This document shows positions 27,653-37,072 of a DNA stretch of 64,000 nucleotides, piece by piece (within the stretch, counting starts at the first letter, position 1; each line of letters begins with the position of its first letter). The DNA is from Candidatus Omnitrophota bacterium (lineage in GTDB: Bacteria > Omnitrophota > Gorgyraeia > Zapsychrales > Fredricksoniimonadaceae), in contig JAGWKL010000003.1 of assembly GCA_028865345.1 (NCBI GenBank), positions 64,184 to 128,183 of the forward strand, read 5' to 3'. The position numbers were made by a program, and so were the translations under genes. The notes below the pieces were generated by a model. The model searched no databases and was not told where the DNA came from. It worked only from the letters and a program-made list of their open reading frames with translations.

Positions 27653-29131
27653 ATGGATTCGTGGAAAGCGATAACATCTTTAACATATAGTCAGATCAAG
27701 GAGTTACAGAACCGGCGCCTGCATTCTTTCATCAATACCCACGTCTATCCGTTCAGCCCTTATTACCGTAACCTTTTCGATGATAAGAAAATCGACCCCA
27801 AATCCATCCGCACCAGGGAGGATTTAAAACGTATTCCCTTTATCAATAAATCAGACCTGCTCGATAAGGACAACCCGCAGAAATTCAAGGACTTCATCCT
27901 CCAGCCGGACAAGGAGAAGATAAAAAGCCATTGGCCTAAAACACGTTTGTTGGGCTTCGCGTTGAAATCTTGCGCCCAGGGCCGGCACCTGGAAGATGAT
28001 CTGGCCAGGGAATATCGTCCCATATTCATGACCTTCACCACCGGAACGACTAATGCGCCGGTGCCGTTTATGTACAGCCGCCGGGACCTGGATAACCTGA
28101 ACCTTTTCGGGGCCCGCATGGTTGGACTTTTCGGCATCAAAAGCGATGAACGGATCATGAACCTTTTTCCTTTTGCCCCGCACCTGGCCTTTTGGCAGAC
28201 TTTTTTCGGTGCTATTGAAGCAGGGGTTTTCTCGCTTTCCACCGGCGGCGGCAAGGTCATGGGCACCGAAGGCAATTTAACGGCGCTTATGAGGATCAAG
28301 CCTTCCACCATCCTGGGCGTGCCGAGCTATATTTACCATCTGGTGCGTTTTGCCCAGACCAAGGGGCATGACCTATCCTTTCTGAAGAACATCGTGCTGG
28401 GCGCGGCGAGGGTCACGCCGGCCTATAAGCAGAAGTTATCGGCCATGTTGAGAGCCCAGGGGGGCAAGGATATTTGTATCTTCGGCACTTATGGCTTTAC
28501 CGAGGCGCGTTGTGCCTGGGCCGAATGCCCGACCGAGAACCATCTGTCCAGCGGCTATCATCTTTACCCGGACAAGGAGATCTTTGAGATCATCGATCCT
28601 GACACCGGCGAGATCAGAGATGACGGGGCGGACGGTGAACTTGTGTACACCAACCTGGACGCCCGCGCCAGCGTGGTGCTGCGATACCGCACCGGCGATT
28701 TTGTCAAAGGCGGAATCAGTCACGGCCCCTGCCCCTATTGCGGGCGCGTGACGCTGCGCCTGTCCTCGGACATCACGCGTTTGTCCGATCAAAAAGACAT
28801 CCATCTCTCCAAGGTGAAGGGAACGCTCGTAAACTTAAGCCATTTTACCGAAGTGTTAAGCGGCATTTCCCAGATCAATGAATGGCAGCTGGAGATCCGC
28901 AAGCATAATAATGATCCTTTTGAAGTTGATGAGATCATTGTGTATGTCACGGCCCAGGAGGGGGTTGACCAGTTGGCGCTTTCCAAACAGATCATCGACA
29001 AGCTGACCGGGGCCACCGAAGTGGCCCCGAATCAAATTGAATTCATTCCTCTTGCCGAAATGGTCAAGCGTCTGGAATTGGAAACGGCGAACAAGGAAAA
29101 ACGCATTTTGGATACGAGGCCTAAAGGATGA
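27653..29131 (+). CDS. Phenylacetate-CoA ligase-like adenylate-forming enzyme (PaaK/CoF390 family)
   Basis: FMTFTTGTTNAPVP AMP-binding motif. TYGFTEARCAW. YRTGDFVKGG. N-terminal PaaK-type domain. Possible TTGACG -35 at 27626. Confidence 0.8.
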   Translation: MDSWKAITSLTYSQIKELQNRRLHSFINTHVYPFSPYYRNLFDDKKIDPKSIRTREDLKRIPFINKSDLLDKDNPQKFKDFILQPDKEKIKSHWPKTRLLGFALKSCAQGRHLEDDLAREYRPIFMTFTTGTTNAPVPFMYSRRDLDNLNLFGARMVGLFGIKSDERIMNLFPFAPHLAFWQTFFGAIEAGVFSLSTGGGKVMGTEGNLTALMRIKPSTILGVPSYIYHLVRFAQTKGHDLSFLKNIVLGAARVTPAYKQKLSAMLRAQGGKDICIFGTYGFTEARCAWAECPTENHLSSGYHLYPDKEIFEIIDPDTGEIRDDGADGELVYTNLDARASVVLRYRTGDFVKGGISHGPCPYCGRVTLRLSSDITRLSDQKDIHLSKVKGTLVNLSHFTEVLSGISQINEWQLEIRKHNNDPFEVDEIIVYVTAQEGVDQLALSKQIIDKLTGATEVAPNQIEFIPLAEMVKRLELETANKEKRILDTRPKG

Positions 29132-29144
29132 ATAAGGAGACGGC

Positions 29145-30422
29145 ATGGATAGAATAGCGATCGTCGGCGGTATACGTACCCCGTTTTGCAAAATGGGCAC
29201 GAATTTCAACAGCCTGAGCGCCCAGGAACTCGGGCGCATTGCCGCGCGTGAATTGATCGAGCGCATGGACCTGGATGTCAAGGTCATCGATGAAGTGATC
29301 TTCGGGTGCGTGGGCCAGCCGGCAGAGGCCGCCAATATCGCCCGTGTCATAGCCCTTCTGGCCGGTGTTCCTAAAACGACACCGGCCGTCACCGTGCACC
29401 GCAATTGCGCCTCCGGCATTGAAGCCGCGGTCAATGCGGCCATCAAGATCAAGGCGGGCCTTGGCAGCATTTATTTGACCGGCGGCACCGAGTCCATGAG
29501 CAACATTCCGTTTTTCTTTTCCAAAGCGTATCAGGAAATTTTGACCGGGATCTCGCGCGCCAAAACCATGCCCGCAAAATTGCAGGAGTTTGCCAAGATA
29601 CGCCCGCACCATTTTTTAAAACCCAATATCGGACTGCAATTGGGGCTGACTGACCCTGTTTGCGGCCTTAACATGGGCCAGACCGCCGAGGTGCTGGCCA
29701 AAGAATTCGGAATCACCCGTCGAGCGCAGGATGAATTTGCCCTGGCCTCGCACCAGAAAGCCATAGCCGGCCGCGCCCTTCTCAGGGAAGAGATTGTCCC
29801 CGTGATCCCGGGGCCTAAATATAAGGAGGCCGTCATGGATGACAACGGCCCGCGCGACGGCCAGACCATGGAAGCCTTGGCCAAACTGAAGCCTTTTTTT
29901 GAAAGAGGCACGGGCACCGTGACCCCCGGAAATTCCAGCCAGATCACCGACGGTGCTTGCGCGCTTTTAGTGGCCGGCGAATTGCGCGCCAAGGTGCTGG
30001 GCATGAAGCCGCTGGGGTATATCCGCAGTTTTGCCTTTGCCGGCGTGGAGCCGGACCGCATGGGTATAGGACCTGCGCATGCCATTCCCATGGCCTTAAA
30101 GAAAGCGGGCATGAAACTTTCCGATGTCCAGGCCTTTGAGATCAACGAAGCTTTTGCCGCCCAGGTCCTGGCTTGCCTGCGCGCCCTGGGGTCAGAGAAA
30201 TTCGCCAGGGATTTCGGTTATGAAGGTTATACCGGTGAAATCGACCCCGCGCAATTGAACGTCAACGGCGGGGCCATTGCCCTGGGCCATCCGGTAGGCA
30301 CTTCGGGTGCCAGGTTGATCCTGACCATGCTTAAACATTTAAATCGCCATAATCTTAATTGCGGGGTCGTGTCCTTGTGCGTCGGCGGGGGCCAGGGCGC
30401 GGCCGTGGTCTTGGAGAGATAA
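29145..30422 (+). CDS. Acetyl-CoA C-acyltransferase (thiolase)
   Basis: VHRNCASGIEA active-site Cys. NGGAIALGHPVGTSGAR. CVGGGQG C-terminal motif. RBS AAGGAGA. Confidence 0.9.
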   Translation: MDRIAIVGGIRTPFCKMGTNFNSLSAQELGRIAARELIERMDLDVKVIDEVIFGCVGQPAEAANIARVIALLAGVPKTTPAVTVHRNCASGIEAAVNAAIKIKAGLGSIYLTGGTESMSNIPFFFSKAYQEILTGISRAKTMPAKLQEFAKIRPHHFLKPNIGLQLGLTDPVCGLNMGQTAEVLAKEFGITRRAQDEFALASHQKAIAGRALLREEIVPVIPGPKYKEAVMDDNGPRDGQTMEALAKLKPFFERGTGTVTPGNSSQITDGACALLVAGELRAKVLGMKPLGYIRSFAFAGVEPDRMGIGPAHAIPMALKKAGMKLSDVQAFEINEAFAAQVLACLRALGSEKFARDFGYEGYTGEIDPAQLNVNGGAIALGHPVGTSGARLILTMLKHLNRHNLNCGVVSLCVGGGQGAAVVLER

Positions 30423-30430
30423 GGGGGCCT

Positions 30431-31855
30431 ATGAAGAAAACCGTCCTTTGTTCTTTCTTTTTGTTTTTATCGGCGGCGGGAGTTCACGCGAATGTCCTGA
30501 CGAGCACCGTCAGTGACCAGCAGTCTGTAGAGGTTACGGTCTATAACAGCAATTTAGGTCTGGTCAAGGACATCCGCCGCCTGCAGTTGCCTCAAGGTCA
30601 AGGGGAGTTAAGATTCATGGATGTAGCTTCAGGGATCATGCCCTATACAGTGCAGGTCCAGTCCTTGACTTCTCCCGGTCAGTTGACGGTCCTTGAACAA
30701 AATTATGAATACGACTTAATGAATTCCAGCAAGTTGCTGGATAAATATGTTGGAAAGAATTTGAAGATCATGACTGTGAATCAAATGACCGGCCAGAAGT
30801 CAATTGTGGATGCGGTATTGCTTAGCAATAATGACGGTCCTATTTATAAGATCAACGGTGAGATTTATTTAGGTTATCCCGGTTATCAAATCCTGCCGCA
30901 GATCCCTGAAAATCTCATTGCCAAACCTACCTTGACCTGGGAATTTGATAATCAAAATGCGAACCCCCAAACCGTGCAAGTGGCTTATTTGACGGACAAT
31001 ATCACCTGGCGGGCGGACTATATTATGGTGGTCAATCATGACGACACCGCAGCTAATATCAATGGGTGGGTGACGTTGGATAATAGAAGCGGTGCCGCCT
31101 ATAAGAATGCCAAATTGAAATTAGTGGCAGGGCAGGTTAACCGTGTGCAAAGTTATGCGATGAGAAAGATGCTGCCCATGAGTGACATGGCATTAGGGGC
31201 TGCAACGGCGCCGCAGTTTCAGGAGCAGCCTTTTTTCGAATATCACCTCTATGATCTCCAGCGTCCTACCACCATCGAGAACAATCAAACCAAACAGATC
31301 AATCTTTTACAAGCAGACCACGTCGCCATCAACAAGGAATATATTGTGCACGGACAGCAGGATTATTTTTACACCAATTTCAACGGTGCAGAGCCGATGA
31401 AGACGCCGGTGGATGTCGTCCTGAAATTCAAGAACTCCAAAGCCAATCACATGGGCATGCCTTTGCCTGCGGGCACGGTGCGCCTCTACAAGAAAGACGC
31501 CCAGGGCAGTTTGGAATTCGTCGGTGAAGACAGTATTGACCACACGCCCAAGGATGAGGATGTGGAAATAAAAGCAGGGGAAGCCTTTGATGTGGTGGCC
31601 GAGCGCCAGCAAATGGATTATAAACTGGCCTATAGGTCTTATGAAACGGCATGGGAGGTCACGATCCGCAACCATAAGGACAATGCGGTCAAGGTAGGCG
31701 TCATTGAGCCCATGTATGGTGATTGGCAGGTGCTCGAAAGTTCAGCGCCTTATAAGAAAGTCAATGCCAACACGCTTCGTTTTGATGTGGAAGTCCCCAA
31801 AGACCAGGAAGTCAAGATCGACTATCGTGTGAGGGTCACGACATTCAGAGGATAG
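30431..31855 (+). CDS. Secreted DUF4139/DUF4140-like (mucoidy-inhibitor MuiA-like) protein
   Basis: Signal peptide. Beta-rich N- and C-terminal halves resembling the DUF4140/DUF4139 family. RBS AAGGGGG. Confidence 0.65.
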   Translation: MKKTVLCSFFLFLSAAGVHANVLTSTVSDQQSVEVTVYNSNLGLVKDIRRLQLPQGQGELRFMDVASGIMPYTVQVQSLTSPGQLTVLEQNYEYDLMNSSKLLDKYVGKNLKIMTVNQMTGQKSIVDAVLLSNNDGPIYKINGEIYLGYPGYQILPQIPENLIAKPTLTWEFDNQNANPQTVQVAYLTDNITWRADYIMVVNHDDTAANINGWVTLDNRSGAAYKNAKLKLVAGQVNRVQSYAMRKMLPMSDMALGAATAPQFQEQPFFEYHLYDLQRPTTIENNQTKQINLLQADHVAINKEYIVHGQQDYFYTNFNGAEPMKTPVDVVLKFKNSKANHMGMPLPAGTVRLYKKDAQGSLEFVGEDSIDHTPKDEDVEIKAGEAFDVVAERQQMDYKLAYRSYETAWEVTIRNHKDNAVKVGVIEPMYGDWQVLESSAPYKKVNANTLRFDVEVPKDQEVKIDYRVRVTTFRG

Positions 31856-31864
31856 GAGCTTAAC

Positions 31865-33979
31865 ATGTCTGTATTTTATAAAGAAGAAGCGAATATCGGT
31901 ACCGTCACCTTTGATGCGCCTGACTCCAAGGTCAATGTTTTGAATGCGGACACCCTGATTGGCTTCGGGACGATCCTTGACGGTCTCAAAAATAAGAATT
32001 TAAAAGCCCTTGTCATTCAAAGCGCCAAGAAGGACATTTTTATCGCCGGTGCCGATATCAAGGAGATTGAAAATATCACGGACGAAGCGGATGCCAAGGC
32101 CAAGGCCCAGGCCGGCCAGCGGGTCATGGATACATTGGAGGATTTGCCCTTCCCGACGGTAGCGGTGATCGACGGTGCCGCCTTGGGCGGGGGCTGTGAA
32201 CTGGCCCTGGCCTGCCGGTGGCGGGTGATGACCTTTAACGACAAAATCCGCATCGGCCTTCCGGAGGTGAATCTGGGTTTTGTGCCGGGTTTCGGCGGCA
32301 CATACCGGCTGCCGCGGCTTATCGGCCTTCAGCAGGCAATGAAAATGATCGTCTCCGGTGTGCCCGTAAACCCTCAGGCGGCATTCAAGAGCGGTCTGGT
32401 TGACAGGCTTTATCCTGCGGTGGGTTTACAGGAAAGCGTGCGCGAGTTCATCGAGGAAATTGCCGCTGAACCGGGCAAACGCGTTTTGATGAGAAAGGGC
32501 CCCAAAGGCCTCGCGGCATTCCTGGATAATCACCCTCTTGGCCGGATGGTGGTGTATAAGAAAACCATCGAGTCCGTCCAAAAAGCCACCAAGGGTTTTT
32601 ATCCGGCGCCCTTGAAAGCCGTGGACGTGATACGCAAGAGCCAATATCTGTCCCGCGAGCAGGCCCTGGACATTGAATCAGGCGCTTTTGCACAGTTGGC
32701 CGTCACACCGATCTCCAAAAATCTGGTTCGGTTATTTTATTTGACGGAAAAATACAAGAAATTGTCCGTGTCCGGCGCTGAAGGGATCAAGCCTGCGGCC
32801 ATGTCCAAGGCCGCGGTGATCGGCGCCGGTGTCATGGGCGGAGGGATCGCCCAGTTGTTAAGCAACCGCGGCGTTTGGACGCGGCTTAAAGACATCAACC
32901 ACGAGGCCATTGCCAAGGGCCTGGCCGCCGCCTACGACGTCTATAAACATGCCATGAAAAGAAGGAAAGCCAGACCCCATGAAGTGGCGGCCAAAATGGC
33001 CATGATCACAGGCACCGTCGATTACAGCGGTTTTGCGGATGTCGACATCGTGATCGAGGCAGTGGTGGAAAATTTGGACATCAAGCAAAAAGTATTCGCT
33101 CAAGTCAGTCAGGTGGTGTCCCCCAAGGCTGTTTTAGCTTCAAACACTTCATCATTGTCAGTGACGGAAATGGCCCGTGTGGCCAAGGACCCCGCACGGG
33201 TCATCGGTTTTCACTTTTTTAATCCCGTGCACCGTATGCCGTTGATTGAGATCATTACCACGGAATTCACATCCCAACAGACCCTGGTGGCGACCGTGGC
33301 ATTTGCCAGGAAATTGGGCAAGACACCGGTGGTAGTCAAAGATGCGCCGGGTTTTCTGGTCAACCGCATTTTGTTGGGGTATATCAATGAAGCCGGCCGT
33401 ATTTTGAGCGAAGGCGGCACGATCGATGAGATCGATCGTTTTGCCGTCAACTTCGGATTGCCCATGGGGCCTTTCACTTTGTCCGATGAGGTTGGTTTGG
33501 ACGTGGGAGTCAAGGTGCTGCATGTTTTGGAAGCGGGCCTGGGACCCCGGTTTAAGCCGGCCTCCATTTTTGACGGCATCCTGCCTAAAAAGCTTCTTGG
33601 GAAGAAATCGGGCAAAGGGTTTTATATTCACGGCAAAAAACGCACGGTCAATAACGAAGTGCAGGCGCTTGTCAAGGCGGGCGGCAAGGTGACTGAACAT
33701 GAGGCCATTGAGCGGATGATTTATATCATGATCAACGAAGCGGCCCTCGTCCTGCAGGAGAAGGTGGTGGACGGCCCGGATGCCGTGGATATCGGTATGA
33801 TCATGGGCACGGGCTTCCCGCCTTTCAGGGGAGGGCTTTTGCGCTACGCGGACTCTATCGGCATAGACACATTAATGGAAAGACTGGAAGCGTTGGAATC
33901 GCGTTTTCAGGACGGGCGTTTCAAGCCTTGCGACTATATTTTGGAGCTGAAGAAAAATGGAAGACAGTTTTATACTTAA
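31865..33979 (+). CDS. Fatty-acid oxidation multifunctional enzyme (enoyl-CoA hydratase / 3-hydroxyacyl-CoA dehydrogenase), FadJ/FadB-like
   Basis: N-terminal crotonase fold (AVIDGAALGGGCELALAC). Central NAD-binding AVIGAGVMGGGIA. C-terminal 3HCDH domains. 704 aa. Confidence 0.9.
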   Translation: MSVFYKEEANIGTVTFDAPDSKVNVLNADTLIGFGTILDGLKNKNLKALVIQSAKKDIFIAGADIKEIENITDEADAKAKAQAGQRVMDTLEDLPFPTVAVIDGAALGGGCELALACRWRVMTFNDKIRIGLPEVNLGFVPGFGGTYRLPRLIGLQQAMKMIVSGVPVNPQAAFKSGLVDRLYPAVGLQESVREFIEEIAAEPGKRVLMRKGPKGLAAFLDNHPLGRMVVYKKTIESVQKATKGFYPAPLKAVDVIRKSQYLSREQALDIESGAFAQLAVTPISKNLVRLFYLTEKYKKLSVSGAEGIKPAAMSKAAVIGAGVMGGGIAQLLSNRGVWTRLKDINHEAIAKGLAAAYDVYKHAMKRRKARPHEVAAKMAMITGTVDYSGFADVDIVIEAVVENLDIKQKVFAQVSQVVSPKAVLASNTSSLSVTEMARVAKDPARVIGFHFFNPVHRMPLIEIITTEFTSQQTLVATVAFARKLGKTPVVVKDAPGFLVNRILLGYINEAGRILSEGGTIDEIDRFAVNFGLPMGPFTLSDEVGLDVGVKVLHVLEAGLGPRFKPASIFDGILPKKLLGKKSGKGFYIHGKKRTVNNEVQALVKAGGKVTEHEAIERMIYIMINEAALVLQEKVVDGPDAVDIGMIMGTGFPPFRGGLLRYADSIGIDTLMERLEALESRFQDGRFKPCDYILELKKNGRQFYT

Positions 33980-34565
33980 AAAGAAAGATTCCCGGCCGGC
34001 CAAGGGCATAAAGGCTTCGCTCAAGAAGAATATCCTTATCGGTGTCGTTGGCATGGCCGGTGCCGTTTTGTTGGCCGCCTTAGGCTGGTATTTGTATTTC
34101 GAGTCGCAGTTTACCGTTTATCGGGACAGCCAGTATCAGTTTTCGATCAAATATCCTAAAACCTGGAAGGTGGTCACTGCCCCCAAACCCAGCGTGGCAG
34201 TGGCCTTCCTGCGTCCCAAGGACACGGTCCTGGACACCGTGACGGAGAATTTCACCGTTGTCGTCCAGCCGCTTTCAGTACAAGACCATGTTCTGGCCGT
34301 ATTCAATGCCAACGTCAAAAACCAGATGCTGGCGGTGTTCGGCAAACATATCATCATTGCCCGGGACCAGCCGATGCATTGGGGCTGGCGCCAGGGACAT
34401 GAAATGGTTTTCAAGGCGCCGGTTCCCGACCATTTGGTCATGGTCAATGCCTGGACGCTGCGTATCGACCATGCCTACATCATGACCTATTTCGGAGACC
34501 TGAACAAATTTTCAAAAGATTCCCTTATCGTGGATGAAATGATCCGTTCTTTCCGCCTGCAATAA
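33957..34565 (+). CDS. Membrane-anchored hypothetical protein (PsbP-like/DUF-type fold)
   Basis: N-terminal TM anchor, then a roughly 150-aa beta-rich domain. Overlaps the fadJ 3' end by 23 nt. Confidence 0.6.
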   Translation: MEDSFILKKKDSRPAKGIKASLKKNILIGVVGMAGAVLLAALGWYLYFESQFTVYRDSQYQFSIKYPKTWKVVTAPKPSVAVAFLRPKDTVLDTVTENFTVVVQPLSVQDHVLAVFNANVKNQMLAVFGKHIIIARDQPMHWGWRQGHEMVFKAPVPDHLVMVNAWTLRIDHAYIMTYFGDLNKFSKDSLIVDEMIRSFRLQ

Positions 34566-34570
34566 CTTTT

Positions 34571-35257
34571 CTAGAATCCCATGCGTTCGACGAGGAACTC
34601 CTTGAGGCTGCGGCATTGCAGGTAAGGGTTGGTTTGCTTCTGGCGCCCCATGGTGTCCGTCGGGGTGGCTCCGTAATTGTGTCCGGGGTAGATCACGGTC
34701 TCATCGGGCAGTTTCATGAGGACTTCATAGAGGCTGTGGTACATGACCGCAGGATCGCCGCCCGGCAGATCGCACCGTCCGCAGCCGTCGATAAAAAGCG
34801 TGTCCCCGCTGATGAGCTGGTCCTGGGGGCCTAAAAAACATTGGCAGCCCGGCGTATGGCCCGGCGTATGCAGGATATCAAAGGTGATTTTCCCTACCGA
34901 CAATTTGTCTTTGGAAGTCACATCCACAAGTCCTTGGAGGCGCGGCCGCAGCGGGGGGTATTCAAACTTGGAAATGTACACCGGCACCTTATGCAGGGTC
35001 AAAAGTTTCTCCAAACCATTGACGTGGTCGGGATGGGCGTGGGTCAGAAAGACCTTGGTGATCTTATATCCCAGCCGTTTGGCTTCCCTGCAAAGAAAAT
35101 CCACGTCCCAGGCAGGGTCAACCACGGCCATTTCCCTGGTTTCAGGGTCGCCTAAAAGATAAAGGAAATTGTTGAGAGGCCCTATTTCGTATTGTTGGAT
35201 GAGCAGTCTTGACATAAAAACCCCCGGCTTTATAATGAACAGCGGTTTTGAAAGCAT
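34571..35257 (-). CDS. MBL-fold metallo-hydrolase (glyoxalase II / ETHE1-like)
   Basis: THAHPDHVNGL (HxHxDH) metal-binding motif. 228 aa. One of only two minus-strand genes. Confidence 0.85.
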   Translation of the reverse strand: MLSKPLFIIKPGVFMSRLLIQQYEIGPLNNFLYLLGDPETREMAVVDPAWDVDFLCREAKRLGYKITKVFLTHAHPDHVNGLEKLLTLHKVPVYISKFEYPPLRPRLQGLVDVTSKDKLSVGKITFDILHTPGHTPGCQCFLGPQDQLISGDTLFIDGCGRCDLPGGDPAVMYHSLYEVLMKLPDETVIYPGHNYGATPTDTMGRQKQTNPYLQCRSLKEFLVERMGF

Positions 35258-35284
35258 CTTACATCATACCCGGAGGTTAATCAA

Positions 35285-35836
35285 ATGGCCCTTTTAGAAT
35301 CCGTTAAAATTCCCTTAGGCACGACGATGCCTGCCTTTGAATTAAAAGATCCTTATGGGAAATCCCATAAATCCTCCGAGCTTTTCGGCGAGCGCGGCCT
35401 GCTGGTCGTTTTTACCTGCAACCACTGCCCGTATGCCCTGGCTGTCTGGCCCCGGCTTGTCCGTCTCGCCCGGTACGGCAGGGGCATGAGGGTCAATTGT
35501 GCCGCCATCAACCCCAATATCAACCCTGATTATCCCGATGACGCTCCGGATAAAATGATCCTCAAGATCAAGGAATTGGGCATTGATTTTCCGTATTTGG
35601 TCGATGATACCCAGCAGGTGGCGGAGGCCTTCAAGGCCCAATGCACGCCGGACATTTATTTGTTCGATAAGAACAAGGCGCTTGTCTACCATGGCCGCAT
35701 CGATGATAACTGGAAAGACGAGGACGCGGTCAGGTGCGAAGAACTGAAAGAGGCCATGAACAATATGGCTGCCGGCCGGCCGATTTCCAGCAAGCAGACC
35801 CCTTCCATGGGATGTTCAATTAAGTGGAAAGGTTAA
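35285..35836 (+). CDS. Thioredoxin-fold thiol-disulfide oxidoreductase (AhpC/TSA-redoxin family)
   Basis: LLVVFTCNHCPY redox motif. Thioredoxin-like fold. Confidence 0.8.
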   Translation: MALLESVKIPLGTTMPAFELKDPYGKSHKSSELFGERGLLVVFTCNHCPYALAVWPRLVRLARYGRGMRVNCAAINPNINPDYPDDAPDKMILKIKELGIDFPYLVDDTQQVAEAFKAQCTPDIYLFDKNKALVYHGRIDDNWKDEDAVRCEELKEAMNNMAAGRPISSKQTPSMGCSIKWKG

Positions 35837-35896
35837 CCCCTTACGAATTCGAAGCAATTGGGCCTTTTGGGTTGTTCCATCAAGTGGAGAAGTTAG
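35807..35896 (+). repeat. Tandem duplication of the last 30 nt of the redoxin gene (60-bp period)
   Basis: atgggatgttcaattaagtggaaaggttaa (MGCSIKWKG*) at 35807-35836 versus ttgggttgttccatcaagtggagaagttag (LGCSIKWRS*) at 35867-35896. A CGAATTCG palindrome lies between copies. Confidence 0.6.
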
Positions 35897-35905
35897 GCCG
35901 TTTTC

Positions 35906-37072
35906 ATGGAATTCATCAATCGCATAACCGAAGCCGGGGACTTGTCGCAAATCACCGATGATCTTTTGAAGGATGTCCGGGGTGATTTTGACCTGGGGGT
36001 TTTGTATATTTGCCCCTGGCCGCCCTATGACCCGGTCCAGGTTTTCCAGGCCCTTAAGCAGAAGGTCAATGTCCGCCATTTGATCTGTTGCAGTTGTGCG
36101 GGAGTGATCGGTGCCGGCCGGGAGATCGAAGGCCGGCCGTCGGCATCGCTGATGCTCATGCGTCTGCCGCAGGTGAAAGTTTCCCCTTTCGCCCTGACCC
36201 AGCCGGTGCTTGAGTCATTAAAGGAAAAGGAAGACTGGTGGCGCCTGCTTGAAGTCTATCCCAATGAGAAGCCCGCTTTTTTGGCCTTTGCCGATCCATT
36301 TGCCTTTGACGGCAACACTTTTTTATCGGGATTAAACCAGGCCTATCCCGGAAGTCCAGTGATAGGCGGCCTGGCCTCGGCGGCTTCCAGCCCCGGGGAA
36401 AACATATTGGCCATGGACGGCGAAGTGATGCGGGAAGGCCTTATCGGTGTGGCAATGACAGGCAACCTCGCGGTCGAGACCGTGGTCTCCCAAGGCTGCC
36501 GTCCCATTGGAGAGATCTATATTGTTACAAAAGCCCAGCGCAATATCATTTTTGAATTGGCAGGCCGCCCTTTTTTAAAGTGCTTGGAAGAAGTATTGGG
36601 CCGTGGCACGGACTATGACCGTCATCTGGCGCATGAAGCCATTTTTATCGGTATTGCCATGAACGAATATAAAGAAAAATTCCAGCGGGGCGACTTTTTG
36701 ATCCGCGGAGTCATGGGCCTGGACCCCAAAAGCGGTGCCGGTGCCGTCGGAGACTTTATACGGGTGGGGCAGACCGTACAGTTCCATTTGCGCGATGCCA
36801 GGACAGCCGACGAGGATTTGCATGAGTTGTTAAAGCAGCAAACGGCCCTCAAGCGCACAGGCCTCCATGGGGCCTTTGTTTTTTCCTGCAACGGCCGCGG
36901 GATGAATCTTTTTAAAGAACACGATCATGATATCCGGATCATCCAGGAGCATCTGGGGCCGGTTGCGGCCGCGGGATTTTTTTGCGCCGGGGAGATCGGG
37001 CCGGTCGGAGGAATAAATTTCCTGCACGGTTTTACCAACAGCATGGCCTTATTTTATCCCCAACAGGTATGA
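35906..37072 (+). CDS. FIST-domain (FIST-N plus FIST-C) sensory protein
   Basis: Architecture and conserved blocks of FIST N/C domains. 388 aa. Confidence 0.75.
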   Translation: MEFINRITEAGDLSQITDDLLKDVRGDFDLGVLYICPWPPYDPVQVFQALKQKVNVRHLICCSCAGVIGAGREIEGRPSASLMLMRLPQVKVSPFALTQPVLESLKEKEDWWRLLEVYPNEKPAFLAFADPFAFDGNTFLSGLNQAYPGSPVIGGLASAASSPGENILAMDGEVMREGLIGVAMTGNLAVETVVSQGCRPIGEIYIVTKAQRNIIFELAGRPFLKCLEEVLGRGTDYDRHLAHEAIFIGIAMNEYKEKFQRGDFLIRGVMGLDPKSGAGAVGDFIRVGQTVQFHLRDARTADEDLHELLKQQTALKRTGLHGAFVFSCNGRGMNLFKEHDHDIRIIQEHLGPVAAAGFFCAGEIGPVGGINFLHGFTNSMALFYPQQV

